The position numbers and the translations under genes are program-made. From contig CM059432.1 in NCBI GenBank assembly GCA_030390025.1, positions 117,988,001 to 118,052,000 of the forward strand: 64,000 bases of DNA, written 5' to 3'. Under the pieces are notes generated by a model. The model ran no database searches and had not been told where the DNA came from. It saw only the letters and a list, made by a program, of their open reading frames with translations. This stretch comes from Squalus acanthias. Lineage: Eukaryota. Of this stretch, positions 25,577 to 36,808 are shown piece after piece (position 1 is the stretch's first letter; each line of letters begins with the position of its first letter).

Positions 25577-27250
25577 TGTAAGGGTTTCGTGCCTGTGTCT
25601 CAGACGGTGCTGGTGCGAGGTTAGGCCTTCGTTGCCTAATACTATTGCTTGCTCTGGTCTCCGGCCAGCCTTATTGCAATAAGCACCTGTGAGTGGTTCG
25701 ACCCACTCGCCCTTACGGTTCTAACACTGGACTTAGGTGCAGGAGCAGTAATTCAGAGAAAAACTCAAATAGACCCGGTTGAATAGTACGAAATGGAAAT
25801 CTTTATTGCATAGCGTCCAAAATCATGAAGTACATGTCATAGGCGCAAATTAACAAGAGTACAAGTATACATACATTCATAAAGCTTGGTCTATGGTAAT
25901 GAAGAACGCACGGCACATCGTAAAAAGGGGAACACATTATACTTTATCCTTAATAAAACCACCCTCCCTTATCAATACCTACACTACGTCTAGATTTGTA
26001 GGATCGGGAAACATGCTCACCACTCGTGTTACTTCGGAGAATTTTAAAGTGAGGCACTCGGCTCGTTTCGCTGCAGCGCCTGACTGTCACATGTTTGGAA
26101 GGGTCTCTGTACCCCACTTGTTTATCTTTGCTGCTGCGACAAGCAGGCCCGACTCTCTGTTGTCATGAAGAACTCGGTAGAACTCGGACATGGTTGTAGA
26201 ACTCAAAGAAAAGTCTTCCTGTTCCCGACACCGGTTGTCGGTAGATTTCAATGAAGAGTCTTTCTTGTATTTTCGGGCGCGGTCGGGGTTTACTGACCGT
26301 GGCAGCACGTGGATTCTTCTTCTTTTCTTGTCATTTCATCTTGTCTTTTCGGGCCTTCGGGTCCAGACACCGTTTACCGACTCTCGGGATGGTGCACCCG
26401 GTCACTTGCCCTCGTCGGGGCGGCTCGTTCCGTTTGAGTTCCACCCAACATTCGAATAACCATCCAGTGCGGCTAAAAGTCCAGAGTCAACAGAGTCCAG
26501 CCCTACAGAAGAGCTTCAGCCAGCGGTCGAGCAGTCAGATAAGAGACCGAATCCAGCGCATAAGAGTCCAGCCCGAGTCAAGAGAATAAGAGTCAAATCA
26601 AGAGACCGATGGACATTTGTTCATTATAGTTATAGTGCTGTGTTCCCTTATCTCCCGCTCAAATCTTAATGTTTGTCCTTTGTGTAATATTGGCGCTCAA
26701 AACTCCCAGCATGGGGCGATTCTTGTCTTTAACGGGTTTCGGTAGCACCTGAAACTGGCCAACTACCCGTTAATGTTTTCCCCATTGTTGACCCAGCCAG
26801 GATCGTATGAATCGTCTTCCTGACTGGTTTTGGGGGCCCCCGAATACTTGCTTAATCACCCGTCAATGTCTCTCTCATTGTAGAGCCGTGGGGGTATTTG
26901 TGTATTGATGTGTCTGGATGGGCCATTCGATTGCCCTGTACAATGGTCCTTACTTGTGCATGGAAAACGATTCCAGCACTTATATCTTTGCTATTGTCAC
27001 AAATGCAAACGGGTTGCATCCTATCTTTATCAGTGTTTATCGAGTATGATCCAATCTTATATCGAATGTTTATTCGATGCCATCTTGTCTGCCCACTGTA
27101 TTTCTGGAAGCTTCTGCCACGATGCGCAGTGGCCATTTTACAGGCTTCTGTGTCCTTTATAAGAATGACAGCATTTCGTTTCATAAAACTGATCAAATGA
27201 ATCTGCTTCTCTTTCGTTATTTTGAATCGCGATAATTGCGAAAGTTTACA
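25577..27250 (-). repeat. 5' LTR (1674 bp)
   Basis: Direct repeat of 14585-16253, followed on the minus strand by the PBS. Confidence 0.95.
26624..26693 (-). promoter_or_regulatory. Candidate LTR core promoter (CCAAT plus tandem TATAA)
   Basis: Minus strand CCAAT at ~26689-26693, ~55 nt upstream of CTATAACTATAA at 26624-26635. Identical in both LTRs. Confidence 0.45.
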
Positions 27251-27274
27251 TGTGACTAATAGTATGCATTTGCC

Positions 27275-28554
27275 TGTGAAGGAATAAGCCATATTCAGAA
27301 AAATACACCATTCTAGGAAATAATTCTGGCCTTTGTAACACGACAAACTGGACTTGAAAATCTAAAAACCTAACAATGGAGAGCTGTAAACAGCATACAG
27401 GCTATTGAGATAAGATAAGTTGTTGACACTGAATCAATAACCTTATTGAAACAGGAGGTTAGAGGGTCCTGATAGTCTGAAGCCTTGGAAAGAACATAAT
27501 GGTACACCCTGTTAAGGCGTTTTAACTTACACTTTGGAAAGAAACACAGAAAATTAAGAAACATATGCCTTCATAAAAATGACATCAAATGAAACACAGG
27601 AGACACGAGTTTGTGTTACAACCAGCTGAGGTAACTAAGAAGACAATGGTGCACCCGGTTGAGGTGTTTTAATATACATGTCGTAAAAAGACACAAACAG
27701 AAGACCTTGGTAAGAATGACATCAAATAGATGCATCTGCTGTCACACCATTTTTATGATAAGCTTCGAACACCTAAAGGTAGAGACATGATTCTTAATGC
27801 TACCAGCTGAACTGACTGTAAGAATAGCAGGGGTCAGCAGAAAAATGACTAGAGATAATTAACTTACATCAGCAGAAAACTTCAAAGGAAATACCACTGA
27901 AAAAGGATATAAATATTGAACTTTCAAATGGGATGATAGTCTCGCTGTAAAGGGGCAACGCGATTCTCGGCTTCAGAGGCAAGCTCTGTAAGTCTACAAC
28001 TCTTTGTATCTCAGGGATCAAGGTACTATACTGTATTTGATTTTGGTGGATATCCTGGAATAAAGACTTAGAACTGTAAAAATGTAACGAAGTTAAGATT
28101 TGAGAATAAGGATCTCTGATAATAGAATTGTAAGATTTCTGTTTTTGGAACTGTTAATGTTGCGATTAGAATCACCAACTGTAATTACATGTACGTTCTT
28201 TAATAAATCCATATATTTTTAGAATTGTCTCACATAATACTTCTGTATCAAACTCGTGAACTCAATCTCTGTACGCTCTTTGGTGAGGAGTTGCAGAATT
28301 CTGGGGGAGTTTTCCGGACCCTCATAATATCCGGAACATTACAGTCTAGCTAAACTTATTTAAAGTGCTATCTGGAGGACGGTAACATCTTCAGGTTGTT
28401 CCTTTCCTTTAGGGAGAGATAGTCTGGACCTTTAGACCCAATTAAGCATCTTTAGGATTCGGCTACCTCAAACTTTAGTTGAAAGTCAATGTCTGGGGAA
28501 TATGCCTGATCCGGAGTAGCCCTAAAGAGGCTGGGACTAGTAATTATCCCTTCA
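27275..28554 (+). mobile_element. Solo LTR, family B, copy 2
   Basis: TGTGAAGG...CCCTTCA ends, TGCC TSD. Confidence 0.9.
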
Positions 28555-30187
28555 TGCCTACATCATAATTACTGCTAAACCACGTGAGGAGAAATGTTTT
28601 TTCTCAAGTCAAGCGAGGAACTGTTTAACTCATTATTATTATACGTAATTAATCGATCTCCCAAGGTGCTGCACACAGAGATTAAATACTAAGTGTAGCT
28701 TTTAAGTGAAGCAGGTTTAGAGGGCATGTGGGTGGTTTGGGGGAGTGGGGGGAGGGTGGGGTGGGTGGGTGTCAGGCATTGAAATTGGATAAGTGCTGAA
28801 GGAGAGCTGTGATACTGAAGATCAGAGAGGGAAGACAAAGCAGGGTGGTGAGGGAGGGGCTTAGGTAGATTGGAGTTAGAGATTGGGAAGGAAGTTAGGA
28901 GTGGAGAGGGGGGATGAAGGGAGGGGGAGAGAGGGAGCAGCACAGTGCGAGGCAGTGGTGAGGAAGGGGAATTAGAGGACAAAGGGGCAAAGAGTGTGGT
29001 AAGGCATAAGGGGAGGGAGAAAGATAGCCAGAGGAAGATTAATAGTGTTGGGTAGTGATGTGTATGCATTGTCCCTAAACCCATGAACGTGAGAAATAAC
29101 AGAACACCTTCTTTATTGAATACAAAGAAACAAATTTTAAATTTATACCTGCTAAGGGAATTGCTTGAAAATTAAACATATTTTACTTGCTGTTTCTGTT
29201 ATACATGGAGACCAGATTCATAAGTGGAGGTTTGTGTCATTGGTAGGGATCTGAAATTTGCATTGGTGCAAACCTGAGGCAGTCAATGCTGACCCATTGC
29301 ACGCAATGTAATGTAACGTTACATTCACTACACCTCCTACAGGTGCAGTACCGTTGGAATCTATTTCCATATATAGATAGATAGATAATATACAAATATA
29401 TAAGTAGGCTTTTTTTTACTGAAATATATAATTTATACTCTCAGCAGCACTCTACATAACAATGTTGCTACATCCTTGTCATGTACCCTGTGATTACCAT
29501 TCAGGGGAAACCAAAGCAGCAAGCATCCTTATCAAGTGGTCTGAGGCCCCTGCCAGGTGGCCATCTCTCACCAGTTGGGCTTGACATGGAATCAAGTCTA
29601 ACTCTGGTCCAGTGTAACACCAGGTTTAAAAAGTGCTGAGGTTGTCAGTTGAATTTCCTGGGCAATTTATAAATTTAGGGGTAAAAATTCAGTTGGTTGT
29701 GCCTCCCGTTAGCGCCTTAAGAGGGCGCTAATGGGGCGCAAAGCCGCTAACGGCCGGGCGCAGCGATGTTTGCGCCGCTCGGGAACTTAACTAGAGATTG
29801 TGCGGCGGCGCTAAAACTTACCGCTGCGACCACCTGCGCGCGCAGATTGTGACGTCATTCCATGGTGCAACGCCCTTGTGGCGCCCCGGAGCGGAAATTG
29901 AGTGGCCCCCCCTGCCTTACCGCCTGGCGCTTCCAACGACCGGAAGACTGGAACGCTATCAATCGCTGTGGGGCTGGGGGGGCGCTATTTAAAGGGGGCC
30001 TCTTCCTGTCTTTTTCTGTGGTCGACATTTTTGCACCACTCGTTCTGAGAGAGAGAGAGAGATTCAGAGAGAGAGAAATAGAGACTTCTACATTGACTCA
30101 ATGCTTTGTGAGGTAGTTTTGCCTATTGATCCTAACTTCGCTGGTACTTTAGTTGCTGTCCTTCATTACTTTGCTTGCAAAGAGAAT

Positions 30188-31351
30188 ATGGGGGCTGCAC
30201 TGATTGGGGGCGTCGTCCTGCTCCAGCTGAATCGGAGGATACAGAGACGCAGAGAGAGAGTGGCAATGATGGTCAGACGGAGGAGGGCCATCAGGCGTAT
30301 GTACAGGAGAGCTTACCCTCCCAGGGTATATCGTGAACAGCTCTCCTACATCCATATGTCTGAGGAGCTGTGTTTGCGAAGGCTACGATTCAGCAAGGAG
30401 GTGGTCACTGAGATCTGCCACCTGCTGCAGCCAGATCTGCAGCCTCAACTGAGGTCCAGGACGTCTCTGTCAGTGGCAGTGAAGGTCACAGTGGCTCTCA
30501 ACTTTTACGCTACTGGCTCATTTCAAGCTGCTGCTGGGGACCTCGCCAATATCTCCCAGTTCGCGGTGCATTGCTGCATCCGGCAGGTCACAAATGCCCT
30601 CTTTAAAAGGAGACGAGAGTTCATCTCTTTCCCCATGACCCCAGACAAGCAGCGTGACCGCGCTCTGGGCTTTGCGAGGGTAGCGGGCTTCCCCATGGTG
30701 CAGGGCGCCATTGACTGCACGCATGTGGCTTTGCGTGCTCCGCATGAGAATGCCGAGGATTTCCGGAACAGAAAGGGGTTCCATTCCTTGAATGTCCAGT
30801 TGGTCTGTGACCACAGACAGCTGATACTCGCTGTCAATGCCCAGTATCCTGGCAGCTGCCACGATGCTTTTATCCTGCGCCAGACTACAGTGGCAGAACT
30901 TTTCGAGGCACCGCATCAGCCAGTTGGTTGGCTTCTCGGGGACAAGGGGTATGCATTGAGCACCTGGCTGATGACACCGCTCCGTACGCCCAACACCCCT
31001 GCTGAGCTGCGGTACAATGAGAACCATCAAGCTACCAGGAACATAATTGAGCGCACAATCGGCTTGCTGAAGCAACGGTTCCGCTGTCTCGACCATTCCG
31101 GAGGAGCCCTGCAGTACTCGCCTGAGCGAGTATCGAACTTCGTAGTCGTGTGCTGCATGTTGCATAACATGGCAATCCTCAGGACCCAGCCAATGCCACC
31201 AGGCCTTGGAGCACCACCAGAGGAGGAGGAGGAGGAAGAGGAGGAAGAGGACGAGGAGGATGATCATCAGCAGCACCAAGGCCGGAGGGCGGCCCACAAT
31301 GGTCAAACTGCAAGGGCCGTCCGTCAACGGCTAATAGCAAGCCGCTTCTAG
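30188..31351 (+). CDS. Harbinger DDE transposase (HARBI1-like, 387 aa)
   Basis: Uninterrupted frame with GAIDCTH, HDAF, LLGDKGY and IIERTIG catalytic motifs and an acidic tail. First ATG in the frame chosen as start. Confidence 0.93.
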   Translation: MGAALIGGVVLLQLNRRIQRRRERVAMMVRRRRAIRRMYRRAYPPRVYREQLSYIHMSEELCLRRLRFSKEVVTEICHLLQPDLQPQLRSRTSLSVAVKVTVALNFYATGSFQAAAGDLANISQFAVHCCIRQVTNALFKRRREFISFPMTPDKQRDRALGFARVAGFPMVQGAIDCTHVALRAPHENAEDFRNRKGFHSLNVQLVCDHRQLILAVNAQYPGSCHDAFILRQTTVAELFEAPHQPVGWLLGDKGYALSTWLMTPLRTPNTPAELRYNENHQATRNIIERTIGLLKQRFRCLDHSGGALQYSPERVSNFVVVCCMLHNMAILRTQPMPPGLGAPPEEEEEEEEEEDEEDDHQQHQGRRAAHNGQTARAVRQRLIASRF

Positions 31352-31645
31352 GGCCCCTGCCATTGCTAACAACATTAATGAACCCAGCACGCAACCCCTA
31401 AGCCGGCCAAGGCACCAATAATTCCAACCACCAACCATGTATATTTTGAATACAGAAACTTATTTATTTTACAAACTCTGTGTGTGTCAATTCCTCATGA
31501 CAAACTCATAGAAATAAACACAAAAAAACAGTCAATAACATAACTGGTTCTCACAACCTGGAGATAATGTCCAAAACACTAAACAAAAGTTGGACCATGA
31601 ACCTCGACCTTTAATTAAAAAATGACCAGCATTTTGTCACACCTC

Positions 31646-33511
31646 CTACTTTTTGCCCTTCGAGGGTGATCTCCTTCCCTTGTGCACTTCCCCCCTTCTA
31701 ACCCGACTGCTCCTCCGTAATGGGACCTCAGTGGCTGCAGCAAGGCTGGTGGAAGGCTGCTGCTCGTCAGACCCTGACACTGCAGATGCCCCTGAAGGAC
31801 GGCCTCGACCAGTTCTGGGCCTGGAGGGCCCGGCTGCAGACTGCACCAACTCTGCATGGGTGGCAGCAGTCTGTCCTACAGGCGGTGGCAAGTGCACTGG
31901 AGAAGTGACAGTGTTGGCAGCAGGAATGCTGTCATCGTGAGAGAGGACAGCAACTCCCTGCTCGCCCGACACACTGGCACTCCCACGGGGCAGCACTTCA
32001 GCATCCGGAGCAATCTGCCGGAGAACAGATTGCTGGCCTGCTGCGACGCGGTGACAACCCCGGGGACATGTGCATGAACCATCGAGGTTGGCAGCAGTCT
32101 GTGCTCGCGTGGCCTCAATCTGAGTCTGTATGAGAGCAGTCAGAGATGGGATCACGGCAGCCAGTGACTGAATTGCAGCACTAAGCGTTAGTGTGGCATC
32201 CGCCTGTGCTACAGCGAAGTGCTCCACACTCCTTGCCAGTGACTCAATGCATTCGGGCACCCTTCCCACTGCACCCATGAGCTCAGTGTGCATGCCCACC
32301 GCCTGGGTGTTCATTTCTGCGATCAGCCGCTCCTCCTCTGCGTCCATTGCAGTAGGAGTGTCTGGCATACTCTCCCTCTGGGGAGAAGGCCCCCGTTCTT
32401 CCCTACCCCACCCATGGCGTTGCTGCAGCCCGCTGGGTCCTGGAGCTTCACCCTCATCAGACCCTTCCCCCCTGCTCCCCTCCAGGGAAGGCGTGTTCCC
32501 AGTGTGGGCATGGGCTTCCTCGGGAGAGGGTGGCACTGATGCTCCGGCTTCCTCTTCCTCCTCAGCTGCAGCATCACTCCCAGTGGCAGCTTCAGGGCCC
32601 GTCTCCTCAGCTGGTGAATCGCCATCTGAAAGCAGGGAGGTACAAGAGTGGCTTTAGCGTGAGGACAGGGTGGCAGTTAAGGAGGAATAAGTGCAGCGAG
32701 TTAGCAAGTTGGATTGAAAGTGTCAAAGGCTGGTGTTGTGAGGGACAAGTGGAAGGACAGAGGACAAAAAGGTGATGACCTTACCATTGCTGTCCAGAAC
32801 GGGGTCGGCGTCTCCAGTGGCGACGGGACCGATCACCCGGCTTGCCACAATCCTGTGGACGCGCTCCTCAAGATCGCTGAGGGGTTGCAGCTGAGGCCGC
32901 CCTCCACCTGTCCGTTGCTGCTGTCTCCGATTATGCGCCAGCTTGGCCTGTAAGAAAAAGGACAGCATCTGAGTAAATATACAGCCTGATGTGCCTCCCA
33001 TAGGTGAATAGCCCTTACTGTATGCAGCCATGGTCTTGCCTGATGTGCCTCCCATAGGTGAATAGCCCTTACTGTATACAGCCATGGTGTTGCCTGATGT
33101 GCCTCCCATAGGTGAATAGCCCTTACTGTATGCAAAGTGTGGAATGTGTGTGTGTGTTTCATGAAAGGGCCATAGGTGTTGGATGAGTGTTGTGCATTGG
33201 GGTTTTAAGACCCTCTGGCCATAGAGTGAGGTTGAGATGGAGGGATGGAGAGGTATTGAGAAAAAGCCACTCACCCTGACGACCCGAGTGAGGTCGTTGA
33301 ACTTTTTGCGGCATTGAGTATGGGTCCTGGGCACCATGCTCCTGGAGGAGACGCTCTGAGCCACCTCCCTCCACACTCTTCTGAACTCGCGTGGCAAAGG
33401 CCTCCTGCCACTCTCAGGGAAGAGCATACATCTTCTGTGCTCCACCGCGCCAACCAGAGCATCCAAGGCCCGCTCGGTGAAGCGATGAGCGCGTTTTCTC
33501 ACCCTCTCCAT
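31646..33511 (-). CDS. Harbinger Myb/SANT-like DNA-binding partner; 3 exons (33275-33511, 32785-32947, 31646-32625), 459 aa
   Basis: RFTERALDAL...WREVA...RTHTQCRKKFNDL motif. GT-AG introns (gtgagt and gtaagg donors) join 237+163+980 = 1380 nt with no internal stop. Confidence 0.88.
32985..33134. repeat. 54-bp tandem repeat, ~2.8 copies, in intron 1 of the Myb/SANT gene
   Basis: cctgatgtgcctcccataggtgaatagcccttactgtat starts at 32985, 33039 and 33093. Confidence 0.95.
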
Positions 33512-34959
33512 GCTTGGCAGCAAAATGGATTCACAGGTCTCTCCAGGCCGAGATTCAAGGCTGCAATGAGCAGGGTGTGGCTGGGGAGCAAGTTGGCCCC
33601 CCCCGCTTTAAGAAGTGGCCGGCGCCAGTGTGTCTGTGTTCCCTTGCTAACTGGCAGCAGCTGCGCTGCGCTCGCGCACTGAGTTAGCGCCTCACTCCTT
33701 GGCCTTTGCGCCTTAAGACAGGTGTGCAGCGCCTGATTTAGTGCTCCACTCACCTCCCGGGGCGGTAAAAGTGAAGTTTCCAGTCAGTGCCGATAATTAG
33801 CGCCAGGCGCTAATATTTGCGTCCAGACGATATTTGCGCCCCAAATGGGGCGCAACCTAATTTTTACCCCTTACTATTGAGTCTTTTTAACATGATGTAA
33901 TTCCTCAGTCCCAATGACACTCCTGTGGCATATGTCAGGCTTAGGGCTTTCACTAGACATTGGGCCCTCACTCAGAATCTACACTCATCTACTGAAGAAC
34001 TTCTGTCCACCCAAAACACGTACCCGGTGTCAGATAGGATGGACCAAAGGGGATGGAATTCACCCAGCATCCAGCCCATTTGTGCATTAGAAGGGTGCTC
34101 CCACCTCCGGGGACAATGTCTGGATCCTGGTCTGGACCCTTTGTCAAACAGCCAGCAGGATTTGCAATATCAGCCCCCATATAAAGGAGCATATTGAGCA
34201 CAGAAAGAAAAATGAGAGAACCAGTGGCGCTGACTGGCCAATGAGCACTTTTTCGATCTCCCATCCCGTCAGCCCCAATCTGACCTGAGGTCAGGAGTGG
34301 AGGTCACCAGCGGCCACTTGGCTGCACTTCTGCCAGTGGGGAAATGCCGAGGATTTTCACTGCAATGTTTTGTTTGTTTCTTTGGGAAAGTGCCTGGCCC
34401 ACACTTGATGACTTCCAAAAATGGCATAATTGAAATCATGAGCTCAGTTGTGGGAATTGCAGACACACACTAGTGTCCCATCACTCCGTGGTGCAGTGTG
34501 TTGCAGCATTTCCATTAATGGCTTTCAAATAAGGCATTGTTTGAGATTGTGACCCTTGTCTAAACCTTAGTGACACTGACATGGGCAATTTAAAGACAAT
34601 GAGCGGGCAAATCTTCAGATAAAAGTGTCTCATGAGGAAGTTAATGGGGTAGAAAGTGCGATAAATCTCGCAAGTTTTCAGGGTCCAGAACAGGCGCCAT
34701 AAAGTCCAATTCAGGAACGCGACGTAACCCGTCGGAAAAGTGCTGGAAGTGCGAGCGATGCCATATTGATCGAGTGTCTCGATAGGCATCCCCAGCAGCC
34801 GCCTGCAGCAAACCCAGGCATCATTTAAATATTATAATCAGGGACCTGCACCTGAATCAGGGCTCTTTCCTGAATTTGATCGGCCTAGAAATTTGTCTTG
34901 GGCGGTGGTGCAAAACGGGTGGTATCAGATCAGCTGTCCGTTATACACAGCGCCTGATG

Positions 34960-35680
34960 TTCAGTTCCATTAACCTTCTCTACTCCAAGGAGAATAATCC
35001 CAGCTTCTCCAGTCTCTCCACATAACTGAAGACCTGTATCCCCGGTACCATTCTAGTAAATCTCCACTGCACCCTCTCCAAGGCCTTGACATCCTTTCTA
35101 AAGTACGGTGCCCAGAATTGGACACAATACTCCAGCTGAGGTCTAACCAGTGATTTATAAAGGTTTACCACAACATCCTTGCTTTTTGTACTCTTTGCCT
35201 CTAATTATAAAGCCAAGGATCCCGTCTGCTTTTTATTTAATAGCTTTATCAACCTCTCCTGCCGCCTTCAAAGATTTATGTATCTGAACCCTCAGGTCTC
35301 TCTGTTCCTGCACCCCCTTTAAAATGTTATCATTTAGTTTATACTGCCTCTCCGAATTTTTCCTTCAAATATGCATCACTTCTCACTTCTATGCATTAAA
35401 TTTCATCTGCCATGTGTCTGCCCATTTCACCAGCCTATCTATGTCCTCCTGAAGTCTGCTACTATCCTCCTCACTCTTTACTACATTTCCAAGTTTTGTA
35501 TCATCTGCAAACTTTGAAATGATGCCCTGTGTACCTCAGTCCAGGGTATTAATATATATATCACTGACCCCTGTATACTTCCCTCCAGTCCATTCACAAC
35601 TGCCTACTGCTTTCTGTCTCTCAGCCAAGTTCATATATCCATGCTGCCACAGCCCCATTTAATCCCAAGGGCTTCAATTT
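34960..35680 (-). mobile_element. CR1 LINE RT fragment
   Basis: FADDTK and LYKSLVRPQLEYCVQFWAP motifs. Confidence 0.85.
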
Positions 35681-36600
35681 ACTTAAATCTACTGAAAAAT
35701 AATTAAAAAAATAGAAATTGGTGGTAGAAATCCACTGAAAATTGGTTTAGAAAAACAAATTAATTAAAATGTCTCCGTTCCTTTAAAAGCTCTTTTATAC
35801 ATGAGCATCTCTTTACAGATAGGCAGGCTGGTGTACAGTGAGATTCTGTCAGAAATGATGGGAAGTCGTGTGTGCTCTATTTTGCATTAATTTGTGCCTT
35901 ATTGAAATAAGATCATGCACTTCCAAATTCCCAGATCTCCGTTTGTCCAAATAATCTAGCCATCCAGCTGAATGTTATTTGCACACACAAATTTTCCATG
36001 AGCAAACTACACGACTACACCTCTAATTCCTGAGGTGCTGGGATGGCCATTGCACCAGGACAAATGCACAAAGGGTAATTACTTAAATACACATACTTCA
36101 GCACTGCCTTATACTTGTGGGAATACACATTTATTTGCGCGCATACAGGCAATATTTGTCCCTTGCACAACAGGGTAATATACAGCTTATATTCATCAAT
36201 TATGTCTAATCTATACGATTTCATCTAAAACCATCTTGTATTTCATAATCGCTAACAACTCTGTGAGAATTATACTGCACAGAAAAGTCATTTGAGGATA
36301 ATTAAGATGAGGATTAGAAGTGGTAAGAGGACAATAGAACAGTAATTATTAGCAAGTGGGACTTTTTTTGTTAGATAGAGTGTTAAAGACCACATTGCTC
36401 CTTTATGGAATAAATTAACTAAAATGTTTTGACTGGGAATTTCCTTGCGTCGGCTCCCATTCCACCACGGTAACAGTGTTGTACGTGCGGCAGAGATTCC
36501 CTTGATGCAAATAAATGGGGTTTTGGCTGTAGTTCCGGCAAAATTACGGGGGGAGACAAATTACATTCAAATGAATTCTCTACATTAGTCTTCACAAAGG

Positions 36601-36808
36601 AGAAGTCGCACAACACCAGGTTATAGTCCAACAGCTTTATTTGAAATCACAAGCTTTCGGAGCGCTGCTCCTTCGTCAGGCTCCTTCACCTGACGAAGGA
36701 GCAGCCGCTCCGAAAGCTTGTGATTTCAAATAAAACTGTTGGACTATAACCTGGTGTTGTGCGACTTCTCACTTTTGTCCACCCCAGTCCAACACCGTCA
36801 TCTCCGCA
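36601..36808. mobile_element. Penelope-type inverted pseudo-LTR insert with hammerhead motif
   Basis: ~80-bp inverted arms 36601-36680 and 36689-36769. Flanked by the direct repeat tcttcacaaagg(ag). Confidence 0.75.
36686..36723 (+). ncRNA. Minimal type I hammerhead ribozyme motif
   Basis: TCAC-CTGACGA-A-GGAGC-agcc-GCTCC-GAAA-GCTT-GTGA: core boxes, stem II, short stem I and palindromic AAGCTT stem III. Confidence 0.65.

Larger units (their letters stand above)
14585..27250 (-). mobile_element. Endogenous retrovirus, full-length provirus LTR-gag-pol-env-LTR, lokiretrovirus-like
   Basis: Two ~1.67-kb direct repeats with TGTAA...TTACA ends, PBS, PPT and gag/pol/env frames. Flanks TGTC / TGTG suggest a 4-bp TSD with one mismatch. 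Confidence 0.95.
29678..33870. mobile_element. Apparently intact autonomous PIF/Harbinger transposon (4193 bp)
   Basis: Perfect 12-bp TIR GGGGTAAAAATT, TTA TSD on both sides, two convergent intact genes. Confidence 0.95.

Noticed and set aside
28689..29084. 131-aa Pro/Ser/Leu-rich ORF
   Set aside because: Product of a purine-rich low-complexity tract.
30518..31327. 269-aa antisense ORF
   Set aside because: Shadow frame of the GC-rich transposase.
30188..31351. Host HARBI1 gene
   Set aside because: It lies between TIRs with a TSD and a partner gene, so it is a transposon copy rather than the domesticated gene.
32985..33134. CRISPR-like array
   Set aside because: Head-to-tail minisatellite with no unique spacers, in eukaryotic DNA.
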